Shown: in pieces, positions 48,529 through 60,360 of the stretch | Position numbering within the stretch: position 1 is the stretch's first letter | Layout of the letters: every line of letters starts with the position of its first letter | Assembly (NCBI GenBank): GCA_016185525.1 | Contig: JACPNK010000006.1 | Coordinates: 22,728 to 86,727, forward strand | Length of the DNA: 64,000 bases | Direction of reading: 5' to 3' | Source: Candidatus Yanofskybacteria bacterium | GTDB taxonomy: Bacteria; Patescibacteriota; Minisyncoccia; 2-02-FULL-40-12; IGHO2-12-FULL-4 | The notes under the pieces: generated by a model | What the model saw: only the letters and a program-made list of their open reading frames with translations | The model's database searches: none | Told to the model about the DNA's origin: nothing | Translations under genes and position numbers: made by a program

Positions 48529-50493
48529 GTGAAAAAAATTCTAAGTTATAGTCTTTTGGTTTTTTGTTTTTTGGCGGTGTGGCCAACTTCTGTTTTTTCC
48601 GCTGATCTGCCTTCCGAATTTATGTCTCTTGCTGAATTGGATAATCTTTTGAGGGCCGGTCCTGTAAATGCCTTTTTTGAAACTGTGCCTAAGGGCATGT
48701 GGCCTAGAGATATCAGAAAGTTTAAGGTCCAAATCCAAGGGATTCACCGAATGCCCGGTCTGGGTGTTGTGATGTTTACCACCAAGGTTAAGATCGCCGC
48801 CGGCATGAGCGGAAGTCCGGTCTATGTTAAAGGCAAGTTGGTTGGCGCTTTGGCTTACAGTTTTAACAAATTTGCTTTTAATCAGCTTTCTTGGGGCGGC
48901 ATTTCGTCGGCGGAGTTGATGTATTATGACCAGCTTGGCTCTGCCACCGCCGGTTTGCAAAGATTGCAAAGCGTGAAGTCTTTCATCTATGAAGGTAAAA
49001 CTTTCACTCCCATCGCTTTGGGTGACGAATCATTAAGTTTTTCTTCGTTTGTTCAAGTCCAAGCGGGTTTTCCGGAACTTGCCGGCATGCTTAAAAGCCA
49101 GAAGTTCGTCTTTTCTCAAGTGCAGAGCAGTGATAGCCACGGCACCAATGTTTTAAGGGTAGAAAAGGCCGCATTAAAAGCCGGCATGCCGATTATGGTT
49201 GACCTTTTAGAATGGACAGACCAATCAGGCAAGAGGACATTGTTGGGTGTTATCGGCACTATCACATATATTGACAAAAAAAGCGGGCGTATTTACGCTT
49301 TCGGCCATCCTTTTTTGGGAGCCAAGAAAATAAAATATACTTTTAGAACATATAATATTATAGGTACGGTTTTTTCAGAAGGAGGTTCTTTTAAGTTGTC
49401 GGGCGACAGTTCGGAGCCTCTCGGCTTGATAGACTTTGATTCTAACTACGGAATCTACGGCAATCTGTCTCTTGATGGTTTGGAAAAATTGCACAGCTTA
49501 TACCTTGAGCTAAAAAAGCAAGGACAAACCTACAACAATTTTTCTGTCAGAATTGCTGACCATCAGGCTTTGGTGCCTTTGATTGTCGGCGGGGTTCTGG
49601 GTTTGATAGGCGAGACAAACGATACCCCGTTGTCTAATGAGCCGAGTGTCACCGAGCTTGAAAGCAAGATAAGCATTGAAAATTTTCAGCCGGTGGAAAG
49701 CAAGCAGATATCTTACTCCGATTCTTCCAGCTTTGGCGATAGGGTAATTTACTCCTCTTCCTATAAGGTGGCTATAAGCAGGTTTATTCACGGAATTTAC
49801 GCACCGCTTTTCTTCAGCAATTATAATTTTAAGATTAGCAATGTGGAGTTAGCGGCCAACTTTATTCCTGGCAGGCCGCAGGAACTTAAGCTGGTCGCTT
49901 ATAAGTTGCCCAGCAAGGTTGCTTGGGGCGAGGATCCGGTTCTTGAAATTTTGCTGGTTAACGAAACTAACACAATGGCTTTTGAAAAGAAAATGGCCAT
50001 CCCAATCAATTGGAGCGAGGTTGAAGAGCCGGTCTATTTCAGAGAAACCAGGGACCTAGAAAAGGAACCGGAAAAAATTATAAATGCTGTTGTAAAAATT
50101 TTTGGTGCTGATGTCGCTAAAACCTTGCTTTCGGGGAAGGAAAAACAAGATCTTTTTCCAGACTATTTTCTTGGGCCGGAAGATTTTCTTAAATCCTTCT
50201 CCGGGCGTCTGCGTTTTGCGGACAAGGGTCTTTTTGGGGCGGTAGCCGTCAGGGTCAAAAGCGGTTTGGCGGAAGAAAAAGTTGCCAATGCGGAAAGTGT
50301 CGTGACCGACCAAGCTGAATATGTTGAAGGCTGGCATATGATGGAAGGCGGTATCAAGAGCAGGAAGGCGACAATCAAGAGTGAAAATTTTGTCAAATTT
50401 AACATTCCATTTCCTCCTATACCGAGTGGCTATGTCATAGATCCAGACTTGAGCGAGACAGCTGTTTTTGAAGTTGTGAAGAAAACCGAATAA
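48529..50493 (+). CDS. secreted peptidase S55 (SpoIVB-like) domain protein
   Basis: Signal peptide; GMSGSPVYVKGKLVGAL matches the SpoIVB catalytic-serine motif; terminator with C9 tract at 50494-50520. Confidence 0.55.
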   Translation: MKKILSYSLLVFCFLAVWPTSVFSADLPSEFMSLAELDNLLRAGPVNAFFETVPKGMWPRDIRKFKVQIQGIHRMPGLGVVMFTTKVKIAAGMSGSPVYVKGKLVGALAYSFNKFAFNQLSWGGISSAELMYYDQLGSATAGLQRLQSVKSFIYEGKTFTPIALGDESLSFSSFVQVQAGFPELAGMLKSQKFVFSQVQSSDSHGTNVLRVEKAALKAGMPIMVDLLEWTDQSGKRTLLGVIGTITYIDKKSGRIYAFGHPFLGAKKIKYTFRTYNIIGTVFSEGGSFKLSGDSSEPLGLIDFDSNYGIYGNLSLDGLEKLHSLYLELKKQGQTYNNFSVRIADHQALVPLIVGGVLGLIGETNDTPLSNEPSVTELESKISIENFQPVESKQISYSDSSSFGDRVIYSSSYKVAISRFIHGIYAPLFFSNYNFKISNVELAANFIPGRPQELKLVAYKLPSKVAWGEDPVLEILLVNETNTMAFEKKMAIPINWSEVEEPVYFRETRDLEKEPEKIINAVVKIFGADVAKTLLSGKEKQDLFPDYFLGPEDFLKSFSGRLRFADKGLFGAVAVRVKSGLAEEKVANAESVVTDQAEYVEGWHMMEGGIKSRKATIKSENFVKFNIPFPPIPSGYVIDPDLSETAVFEVVKKTE

Positions 50494-50593
50494 CCCCCCC
50501 CCGCCTAATAGCGGGGATTTACTTTTTTTAGGGCTTGCTTTATAGTTTAGCGAAGTTCTTTGAAACTCATGTAAAGATAGAAGAGGTGACGAA

Positions 50594-52096
50594 ATGTTGC
50601 CAAAAAAAGTCTTGTCAATTTTTTTGGTTGTTGTTTTGGTTCTTTTGAGCCACTCTATTTTTGCTGCTGGAAAGAAAAAAGTCTGGCCGGGAATCGGCAT
50701 GAATAATCCGGGGCTTTTTAATATGTATTTGGGCAATGCATTTGTGGCCGGACCGGAATTACAGGAGACGATTGCTCGCAAGACCATTATTGACGCTCGC
50801 AATAATAGCATTGGCTACTTCCGTTTTTCAGCCAGCGGATTCGGCAGTTATGAGTTGGAATTATGGCAGAGATACCCCGATTTTTTCTGGAACCGTTTTG
50901 ATAAAATGATGGGGGACTTGTATGAAAACCATGTCCAGGCGGTTTTTGTTTTAAGCTGGTGGAACATACAATTTCCACGGTTTGCCGGTGACAGTATGCA
51001 TATCTTTTTTACCGACCCAAATTCGGCTTCAAGAAAACTTTGGTCAAAATATGTTCGGGAGGTTGTAAACCGGTATAAAAATCATCCGGCAGTGCGTTTC
51101 TGGGAAATGGGCAACGAATGGAACTTGGATGCCGACATGGACATTGACAAAAGAATGGGTACCAAAGGCGACAACTACAGTACCGGTGAACTTCTTGATC
51201 TTGTGCGTGAATTTGCTAACCTTGTCCGCGCAACTGACCCGAACCACCTGATTTCCAACGGTTTTTCCATGCCGCGTCCGGCTGCCGAACATATTAGAAG
51301 ACAGCCGGAGTGGTCGCCAGATGGTCCTGACTGGACAAGCGATTCAAGAGAGGAGTTCAGGAAAAATTTGATTGACGCAAGTAGAGATGTGGAAATAATA
51401 AGTGTCCACTTTTACAACCTTTGCCCTGATATTTCAGACAATTGTTCTACTTCTCGTGATAACGAAAGATTTGATATTGTGGGAAAGAATAACGTTGATC
51501 TTTTGGACGAGGTGGTTAAGGTTGCCAACGAAACCAGTAAATTTGTTTTTGTGGGCGAGACCGGAGATGGTTTAAACGATAATTACTCGGTGGGTTCTTT
51601 CACTCAAGCAACGCTGGAGAGAGTCGGGCGACTGAAAATTATGTTTAGCGCTCTTTGGGCTTGGGAGGAATATTCGCCAATAATTAAACCGGGACCGTCA
51701 AATATTGAACCGGGTTTCAGCGACGCTTTGATAAACAAGATAAGAGAAGTTAATAGCATTTATTTTAATAGGGTGTCTCCGGAACCGAGAGTACCTGATC
51801 TTGAACCGCCTATTGTTATTATTACGGCTCCTTTGGAAGGGACAAGCATCCTAAAATTTTATTACGGTTTAGAAATTTATGCTTTAGCCAGCGATAACGA
51901 CCGTATAGAGAGAGTGGAATTTTGGCTGGAAAATGCTTTTTTGGGTGAAGTAAGAAAAGCTCCGTATACTATTAAACTGCTCGGTGGAACATATCCTGTG
52001 GTTGGCCGCAACCTTAAATTGAAAGCAAAAGCTTTTGATTCTTCGGGTAATTTTTCAGAATCAGTAGTTAATGTTTCCGGTTTCTACTTTTGGTAG
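50594..52096 (+). CDS. glycoside hydrolase (GH5-like) with C-terminal Ig-like domain
   Basis: Signal peptide; FWEMGNEWN catalytic-acid motif; C-terminal beta-rich region. Confidence 0.5.
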   Translation: MLPKKVLSIFLVVVLVLLSHSIFAAGKKKVWPGIGMNNPGLFNMYLGNAFVAGPELQETIARKTIIDARNNSIGYFRFSASGFGSYELELWQRYPDFFWNRFDKMMGDLYENHVQAVFVLSWWNIQFPRFAGDSMHIFFTDPNSASRKLWSKYVREVVNRYKNHPAVRFWEMGNEWNLDADMDIDKRMGTKGDNYSTGELLDLVREFANLVRATDPNHLISNGFSMPRPAAEHIRRQPEWSPDGPDWTSDSREEFRKNLIDASRDVEIISVHFYNLCPDISDNCSTSRDNERFDIVGKNNVDLLDEVVKVANETSKFVFVGETGDGLNDNYSVGSFTQATLERVGRLKIMFSALWAWEEYSPIIKPGPSNIEPGFSDALINKIREVNSIYFNRVSPEPRVPDLEPPIVIITAPLEGTSILKFYYGLEIYALASDNDRIERVEFWLENAFLGEVRKAPYTIKLLGGTYPVVGRNLKLKAKAFDSSGNFSESVVNVSGFYFW

Positions 52097-52235
52097 CCCC
52101 CCCTCTTGACGGGGTTTTTTCTTTAGCTTAAGATACCCCAGTTGGCAGTCAGTGGTCGTGAGTGCCAGGAATCTTTAAGTTGTAAGTTATAAGTTAAAAT
52201 TTTAACCTATAACCTAAAACTTGTAACCTATAACA

Positions 52236-52523
52236 ATGCTTAAGATTAAGCCATTGCGAGATCAAGTTCTGTTGGAGCCTCTTAAAGAGGAAAGGAAGAA
52301 AGGCGGGATAATTTTGCCGGATACCGTTCAGAAAGAAAGGCCGGAGAAAGCTAAAGTGGTTGCCGTCGGGCCGGGCAAATACGAGGACGGAAAATTAGTG
52401 CCGCTGTCTGTTAAAAAGGGAGATGTGGTTTTGTTTACAAAATACGGCCCGAACGAAATTAAGGTCGACGACAAAGAGTACTTAATTGCCCGCGAGGAAG
52501 ATATTCTCGCCATAATTGACTAA
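52236..52523 (+). CDS. groES: co-chaperonin GroES
   Basis: [15 protein letters not shown]...GGIILPD. Confidence 0.95.
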   Translation: MLKIKPLRDQVLLEPLKEERKKGGIILPDTVQKERPEKAKVVAVGPGKYEDGKLVPLSVKKGDVVLFTKYGPNEIKVDDKEYLIAREEDILAIID

Positions 52524-52583
52524 AGACTAAAGTCCAAAGACTAAAGCCAATCTGGCCTTAGACTTTAGACCTTAGACTTTTAG

Positions 52584-54230
<1,647 letters not shown>

Positions 54231-54292
54231 ATCAAAAGCGGCGCTAGCGCCGCTTTTGATTTAATTTAGATAAAAATATAATCTGTTGGTAT

Positions 54293-55915
54293 ATGCAAAA
54301 ACCTAAATTCATTTTCATAGCCGGCGGGGTGATGTCTGGAATCGGCAAAGGCGTGACCGTGGCTTCCACGGCGAGAATTTTAAAAGACTATGGTTTCAGG
54401 GTAACGGCCGTAAAAATTGACCCTTACCTCAATGTTGATGCCGGCACGATGAACCCCACTGAACACGGTGAGGTTTTTGTGACTGACGATGGTTTGGAAT
54501 GCGACCAAGACATCGGCAACTACGAAAGATTTTTGGACGAGGATATTTTAAGGACTAACTACATGACTACCGGCTCGGTTTATCAGTCGGTTATAAATCG
54601 GGAACGCGCTTTAGGATACAAAGGCAAATGCGTTGAAACTATTCCTCATGTGACCGACGAAATTAAAAACCGTTTGCTTTTGGTGGCTAAGAAAAATAAA
54701 GCAGAAATAGTTTTGGTTGAAATTGGCGGCACGGTGGGCGAGTATCAGAACTTAGTTTTTTTGGAAGCGGGTAGAATCATGAAATTGGAAATGCCGGGCG
54801 ACATCTTGTTTATGCTGGTCAGCTATTTTCCGGTGCCGAAAATGCTGGGCGAAATGAAAACTAAACCGACGCAATATGCGGTACGCACCTTAAACTCTGC
54901 CGGAGTCCAGCCGGATTTTATTATCGCCCGTTCTTCGGTGGCTTTGGATGATGTCCGCAAGAAGAAGGTTTCAACTTTTTGCAATATGAGTCCGGGCGAT
55001 GTCATTTCCGCGCCGGATATCGCTTCCATTTATGAAATTCCCATTAATTTTGAAAAAGACAATTTGGGCAAAAAAATTCTTGAAAAGTTTAATTTAAAAC
55101 CAAGGACTAAAAACGTAAGCCAATGGACAAAGATGGCGGGGAAGATAAAAACAGCTAAAACGCCGGTTAAAATCGGTATTGTCGGCAAGTATTTTGGCAC
55201 GGGAGATTTTACATTGTCCGACTCCTATCTTTCTGTGATTGAGGCGATAAAACACGCCGCTTGGTCTTTGAACCGCAAGCCGGAGATTACTTGGCTGGAT
55301 GCCGAGTCTTATGAAAAAGAGCCGGTTAAACTGTCGGAACTGAAAGAGTTTGACGGAGTAATCGTGCCGGGAGGTTTTGGCAAAAGAGGAGTAGAAGGTA
55401 AAATTATGGCGATAAATTATGTCCGTGAAAACAACATTCCTTTTCTGGGTTTGTGTTATGGTTTACAGTTGGCGGTCGTAGAATTTGCCCGGAATGTTTG
55501 CAAGTTAAAAGAGGCGAATACCACAGAAATTGAGCCGGATACTTCCCAGCCGGTGATTTGTACCATGGCGGAGCAGATGGCAAACATAGCCGGAAAAAAA
55601 ATGGGCGGGACAATGAGGTTGGGTGCTTATGGTTGCAAGTTGGCGGAGGGAAGTTTAAGCCGGAAACTTTACAGCGAGGAAAAAATTTCTGAAAGGCATC
55701 GCCATCGTTATGAAGTCAACAACCGCTACAGAAGTGTTTTGATAAAAAAAGGGATGTTGATTGCCGGTGAAAACACGAAGCAAAAGTTAGTTGAAATTAT
55801 TGAAATTCCGCAAAATAAATTTTTTGTGGCGACCCAATTCCATCCTGAACTTAAATCTCGTCCGCTTAACCCGCACCCATTGTTTTTGGGGCTTATTAAA
55901 GCATCCATTAACTAA
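54293..55915 (+). CDS. pyrG: CTP synthase
   Basis: FIFIAGGVMSGIGKG; glutamine amidotransferase domain GLCYGLQ. Confidence 0.95.
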   Translation: MQKPKFIFIAGGVMSGIGKGVTVASTARILKDYGFRVTAVKIDPYLNVDAGTMNPTEHGEVFVTDDGLECDQDIGNYERFLDEDILRTNYMTTGSVYQSVINRERALGYKGKCVETIPHVTDEIKNRLLLVAKKNKAEIVLVEIGGTVGEYQNLVFLEAGRIMKLEMPGDILFMLVSYFPVPKMLGEMKTKPTQYAVRTLNSAGVQPDFIIARSSVALDDVRKKKVSTFCNMSPGDVISAPDIASIYEIPINFEKDNLGKKILEKFNLKPRTKNVSQWTKMAGKIKTAKTPVKIGIVGKYFGTGDFTLSDSYLSVIEAIKHAAWSLNRKPEITWLDAESYEKEPVKLSELKEFDGVIVPGGFGKRGVEGKIMAINYVRENNIPFLGLCYGLQLAVVEFARNVCKLKEANTTEIEPDTSQPVICTMAEQMANIAGKKMGGTMRLGAYGCKLAEGSLSRKLYSEEKISERHRHRYEVNNRYRSVLIKKGMLIAGENTKQKLVEIIEIPQNKFFVATQFHPELKSRPLNPHPLFLGLIKASIN

Positions 55916-55953
55916 AAACCCCGCGTTTGCAAAGCGGGGCAGACTTTACTGGT

Positions 55954-56859
55954 CTAGAGTTTCTTTATCAGGGAAAAGTCAAAACTTAAACCGAGCACCG
56001 GCCCTCCGGCGCCGAAGCGCATATCTGCTCCTGCGGCTTGTGTGTTGAGTTTTGCAAACGCACGGCTCCAGCCAAAGAAAAAAGTACCCGATCCGTATCT
56101 TTTGCCGATAACAGGCGCGACGACGAGGATTTTGGCAAACGATTTATGGTCGCGAGTGGTAAGTGCGTCCCAAGAGTCAACGCCGCGTTGGATATCCAAC
56201 CGATAGTTTTCCAAGTGTATGCCCGCAAACCAGGCGCGGTAATCCCCGGTTTTTCTTTCGTATTCTAACACTGCGCCCGGGATGTAACTCCAGCGGGCCT
56301 TGGAAGCGTAATATACCAAAGACCGGCCGGTTCCCCGGTAAGTCGTGCCATTACCGGCATCTTCGCTAGTATTATCAGAACCGATCATAGCAGCTGGAAT
56401 AAAGCCGAATGCTGTCCAAGAGGGACCAAATCGCAGTGTATTTTTGTTCCAGCTATATTTGGGAACAAGTTTGAAAGATAACAATGCGAGATGGCCGGGG
56501 TTGATATTTTGTTTAAAGACCAGAGTGCACCCTAAGGGTATGCTGGTCAGACCTAACGGTTGGGAACTACAATCAGTACCTTTGATACTGGGAACCAAAC
56601 GATATTCACGCGGAATGTTTCGTATTTCACTGATGTGAAAGAGCGCGCCCCAGATGGAAAAACGCCAGTCCAAACTGAAATGCTTTTGTTCAGTTTCGCC
56701 TGTCTGCACAGGCGGGGCAGACTGTTCAGACGCGAATGCAAAGGATGTAAATAATGCAGTTAATAACACTAAAACTGTCAGTTTTACAGTCACTTTTGGC
56801 CTCCTTTCGGGCCTCACTGTTATAGTCCTCCAGTAAACGAAAGTCAAACAATCTTGCAC
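55954..56859 (-). CDS. hypothetical secreted protein (start uncertain)
   Basis: Signal-like LVLLTALFTSFAFA; beta-rich. Confidence 0.4.
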   Translation of the reverse strand: MQDCLTFVYWRTITVRPERRPKVTVKLTVLVLLTALFTSFAFASEQSAPPVQTGETEQKHFSLDWRFSIWGALFHISEIRNIPREYRLVPSIKGTDCSSQPLGLTSIPLGCTLVFKQNINPGHLALLSFKLVPKYSWNKNTLRFGPSWTAFGFIPAAMIGSDNTSEDAGNGTTYRGTGRSLVYYASKARWSYIPGAVLEYERKTGDYRAWFAGIHLENYRLDIQRGVDSWDALTTRDHKSFAKILVVAPVIGKRYGSGTFFFGWSRAFAKLNTQAAGADMRFGAGGPVLGLSFDFSLIKKL

Positions 56860-56889
56860 TCGTTTTAAATTAGAAGTAACTTTACTAAT

Positions 56890-57435
56890 ATGCCGACCGT
56901 GCCCATGAAAGTCGTTATTGCCACAAAAAATCCGGGCAAGTTGAGGGAAATCAAAGAATTTTTGGGTCCTGACTTTGAGTGTGTCTCTTTTTTAGATTTT
57001 GAAGATTCTCCCGATATTGAAGAAACCGGAACAACTTTTTTGGAAAACGCCATTTTAAAGGCTAAAACTTGTTTTGAATGGTCCCGCCTGTCGGTCGGGC
57101 AAGCAGGTTTGCCTTCAGTTGCTGATGACGGCGGACTGGAGATAGACTTTTTAAACGGCGAGCCCGGAATTAAAAGCCGGCGCTGGCCGGGTTATGAAGC
57201 TACCGATGAGGAACTTATTGAACTGGCACTGAGTAAGCTTCATGGCATTCCTTGGGAAAAAAGAACAGCCTCTCTGGTTTCGGTCGGAGTATTTTATGAC
57301 GGCAAAAATACAATAAACGTTGTAGAGAAAATCAAAGGCTTTATTACGGAAAACAAAGCGTCTCGCTTTGAAAAAGGCTATCCTTTCAGATCAATTTTCT
57401 GGGTGCCGGAATTTAAAAACTTTACCAAGACTTAG
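56890..57435 (+). CDS. rdgB: non-canonical purine NTP pyrophosphatase (RdgB/HAM1)
   Basis: VVIATKNPGKLREIKEFL, SVADDGGLEID. Confidence 0.8.
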   Translation: MPTVPMKVVIATKNPGKLREIKEFLGPDFECVSFLDFEDSPDIEETGTTFLENAILKAKTCFEWSRLSVGQAGLPSVADDGGLEIDFLNGEPGIKSRRWPGYEATDEELIELALSKLHGIPWEKRTASLVSVGVFYDGKNTINVVEKIKGFITENKASRFEKGYPFRSIFWVPEFKNFTKT

Positions 57436-57511
57436 CCAAAGAGGAACACGAAGACATAAATCACCGCCGAAAAGTTTTCCTAAAATTGGCAAATATGGTA
57501 AAAGCGGGTAT

Positions 57512-58972
57512 ATGAAACCCAGCTTATTTCAAACAGATTTTAAAGGCAAAAAAGTCCTTGTTTTTGGTTTGGGGCTTTTGGGCGGGGGAGTGGCGACAAC
57601 TAATTGGCTTTTAAGGCAAGGTGCAAAAGTTACGGTTACTGATTTGAAAGACAAAAAAACATTAATGCCGTCTCTTAAAAAAATCAAAGGTCCATCAAGG
57701 TTCAACCTTGATGAGCAGAAGCTCGGCGGGCATAGCGAGCAAGACATCAAAGAAAACGAAGTTGTTGTCGTCAACCCCGATGTATCAATAAACAACAAAT
57801 ATATTCAGCTTGCTTTTAATCTTGGCAAGCAAGTTGAAAATGAGGCGACAATTTTTTTAAAAAACTGGCAAAAACCGGTGGTAGCTATAACGGGTACAAG
57901 AGGCAAGACCACAACCGTAAATTGGACGAATCATTTTTTGAAATCAAAATACAAATCTTCTGTTGCCGGCAATTCTTACGACAATCCTTTTCTTAAAATT
58001 TTAGATAAGCAAAAAAGTTTTGAAATAGCGGCAGTGGAAATACCTTCTTTTGCTTTGGAGTTTTTTGATAAAACAGTTCCGTCTTCTGACGTTGCTGTCA
58101 TAACCAGTATTTATCAAGACCACCTCAATCGTCACAATACTCTTAAAGACTATGCGCTGACTAAAGCCAACATTTTTAAAAACCAATCTTCAAAACAGCA
58201 CTTAATTTTAAATTATGATAACGATTGGACTAAGTTTTTTTTGAAGCAAAAACCAAGGTCGCAGGTTTGGTTTTTCTCAAATAAAAAATTGCCACTAAGG
58301 TTTAACGGCATTTACTCTCAAAAAGAGGCGATACTCTTTCAAAAAAATGGCAAAGCAGAAGTTGTTTTGAAAGTTAACGATTTTGTTAAAAATTGGGGAG
58401 GGCACAATCTTTACAATTTGCTTGCCAGTTCTCTTTCAGCGCACTTGTCAGGTGTATCTTGGCGGGAGATCGAAAATAAAATTGCCGATCTTCCGCAAGT
58501 GCCATTCCGTCAGGAGATTATATTTCAAAGCCCTAAGCTTAAAATTATTAATGACACAACAGCAACTTCACCTGACGGAGCAATTGCGGCTCTGGAAAGG
58601 TTCGGCTCTGCGAACACGATTTTAATTACCGGCGGCACCGACAGACAACTGGAATACCAAGCGTGGTCAAAGGTTGTTAAGAAAAAAATTAAGTCCAAAA
58701 ACTTAATTTTTCTTTCCGGTAGTGCGACTGATAAGATGCTCAAGGCAAAAGGACTAAGGACTAAGGCCACAATTTTTGACACCCTTAAAGAGTGTTTCGA
58801 AGCCGCTCTAGAAAAAGCTGGAAAATATTCTCAATCCGTGATATTGTTCTCACCAGCTGCCAAGAGCTTTGAAAAGTTCAAAAACGAATATGATCGCGGC
58901 GAACAATTCAACAACTTGGTCGGCGGGTTAATTAAAAAGGAGAGAAAAATTGAGTCAAGGCAATCGGGATAG
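57512..58972 (+). CDS. murD: UDP-N-acetylmuramoylalanine--D-glutamate ligase
   Basis: KKVLVFGLGLLGGGVA Rossmann fold; ITGTRGKTTT P-loop; start taken at the internal ATG (MKPSLF), not the table start 57368. Confidence 0.8.
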   Translation: MKPSLFQTDFKGKKVLVFGLGLLGGGVATTNWLLRQGAKVTVTDLKDKKTLMPSLKKIKGPSRFNLDEQKLGGHSEQDIKENEVVVVNPDVSINNKYIQLAFNLGKQVENEATIFLKNWQKPVVAITGTRGKTTTVNWTNHFLKSKYKSSVAGNSYDNPFLKILDKQKSFEIAAVEIPSFALEFFDKTVPSSDVAVITSIYQDHLNRHNTLKDYALTKANIFKNQSSKQHLILNYDNDWTKFFLKQKPRSQVWFFSNKKLPLRFNGIYSQKEAILFQKNGKAEVVLKVNDFVKNWGGHNLYNLLASSLSAHLSGVSWREIENKIADLPQVPFRQEIIFQSPKLKIINDTTATSPDGAIAALERFGSANTILITGGTDRQLEYQAWSKVVKKKIKSKNLIFLSGSATDKMLKAKGLRTKATIFDTLKECFEAALEKAGKYSQSVILFSPAAKSFEKFKNEYDRGEQFNNLVGGLIKKERKIESRQSG

Positions 58973-59294
58973 ATATTTGGAAGAAGGTTACAGAAAACTT
59001 TTCGGCAAAGAACCGGAACCCGGTATGAATGACTGGCAGATTGCAGCTTTGGTCATGGAAGGGCTAGACCCTCGTGTTCTGGGGGCAAAGCTCTCTAAGC
59101 AATGTATATTTCGGGTTTTCAATTATCTACTGCAGGATGTAGATGAAGATTTAATAAGGTCAGTTTGGTTCTTAGCAGAAAGCAATGCTCGTCAGTTTTT
59201 TTGGCCAAACCTGCCGGAAGAAATTCACCGGGACGATATGGCGGCGTTGGAGTATCTGGAGTCTAGCGGTTTTTGGAGCAAAGTTGGCGATTAG
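58950..59294 (+). CDS. hypothetical protein
   Basis: 114 aa ORF with terminator hairpin at 59320-59345. Confidence 0.4.
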   Translation: MSQGNRDRYLEEGYRKLFGKEPEPGMNDWQIAALVMEGLDPRVLGAKLSKQCIFRVFNYLLQDVDEDLIRSVWFLAESNARQFFWPNLPEEIHRDDMAALEYLESSGFWSKVGD

Positions 59295-59347
59295 TTTTTA
59301 CCTTTTTACCACCTCGCCAAAAGCGAGGTTTACTTTTGGAGGATTCG

Positions 59348-59432
59348 CCTAATGGTATGGCACACGCTTGGAAAGCGTGCGGGAGCAATCCCTTACAGGT
59401 TCGACTCCTGTATCCTCCGCCAAAATTCGGAA
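59348..59432 (+). tRNA. tRNA-Ser (anticodon GGA), CCA encoded
   Basis: GGAGGAT acceptor, anticodon stem-loop CACGC-TTGGAAA-GCGTG, long variable arm, T-arm CAGGTTCGACTCCTG, ATCCTCCGCCA. Confidence 0.8.
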
Positions 59433-59475
59433 AACGATTTACTTTTAGTTTTTATCTTTATATAATTGTCTTACT

Positions 59476-60189
59476 ATGGAAAATAAATTTGATAAGACCA
59501 AACTCATTTTGCCCGGCGCAATTTTGATTGCCGCCGTTTTAATTTCCGGATCGATTTTTTATGTCAACGGAGGCTTGCCGAATAAGAACAGCCAGGCCCA
59601 AATTAATCAGGGGGCCGGCGGCGCTGACGATAGTGTCCCTGTCGATGTCGCCGAAGACAATGACTCTTTTTTGGGAGAAAAAAATGCCGAAGTAGTAATT
59701 ATTGAGTTTAGCGATTTCCAATGTCCTTTTTGCCGAAGTTTTTGGAGAGACACACTGCCTTTAATTAAAAAAGAATACATAGATACAGGAAAAGTGAAGC
59801 TTGTCTATCGGGATTTTCCTTTGTCTTTCCATCCGGCGGCCCATCCGGCGGCCCAAGCGGCCGAATGCGCCAAAGATCAGGACAAATTCTGGGAGATGCA
59901 CGACAAAATTTTCAGCGAACAGGAAAAGATGGGCAGCGGCACTATTCAGTTCACGGTCAATGATATTAAAAAGTGGGCGGGCCAGATTGGTCTCAACACG
60001 GGAGACTTTGATCAGTGTCTGGACTCTGAAAGCAAGAAAGGTGAGGTTGAAAAAGATACGGCCGACGGCTCAAACGCCGGAGTAAACGGCACACCAGCCT
60101 TTTTCATTAACGGACGCAAGCTGGTGGGCGCCCAGCCATTTGCTGTTTTTAAAGCCGCTATTGAAGAAGAAATTTCATCAGTAAAGTAA
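59476..60189 (+). CDS. DsbA-like thiol:disulfide oxidoreductase (thioredoxin fold)
   Basis: N-terminal TM; FSDFQCPFC CxxC motif. Confidence 0.8.
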   Translation: MENKFDKTKLILPGAILIAAVLISGSIFYVNGGLPNKNSQAQINQGAGGADDSVPVDVAEDNDSFLGEKNAEVVIIEFSDFQCPFCRSFWRDTLPLIKKEYIDTGKVKLVYRDFPLSFHPAAHPAAQAAECAKDQDKFWEMHDKIFSEQEKMGSGTIQFTVNDIKKWAGQIGLNTGDFDQCLDSESKKGEVEKDTADGSNAGVNGTPAFFINGRKLVGAQPFAVFKAAIEEEISSVK

Positions 60190-60360
60190 ACCAATTTTAA
60201 TCCCGATATTGCAATTTGCCGAGTTTTCACACTGTTACGGATAGGACAAAGTAAAATATTGGCATAAAATTAGTTTAATGCTATAATGCAATTTAACCAG
60301 CTTTAAAAAGCTGATTTTGGCTTATTTTATTAAATAAGCCGCTCGAGTGTTCAAATTCAA

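Noticed and set aside
52150-52235. CIRCE heat-shock operator upstream of groES
   Set aside because: An imperfect AAGTTGTAAGTTATAAGTT-N8-AACCTATAACCTAAAACTT palindrome is present but does not match the TTAGCACTC-N9-GAGTGCTAA consensus, so it is not called CIRCE.
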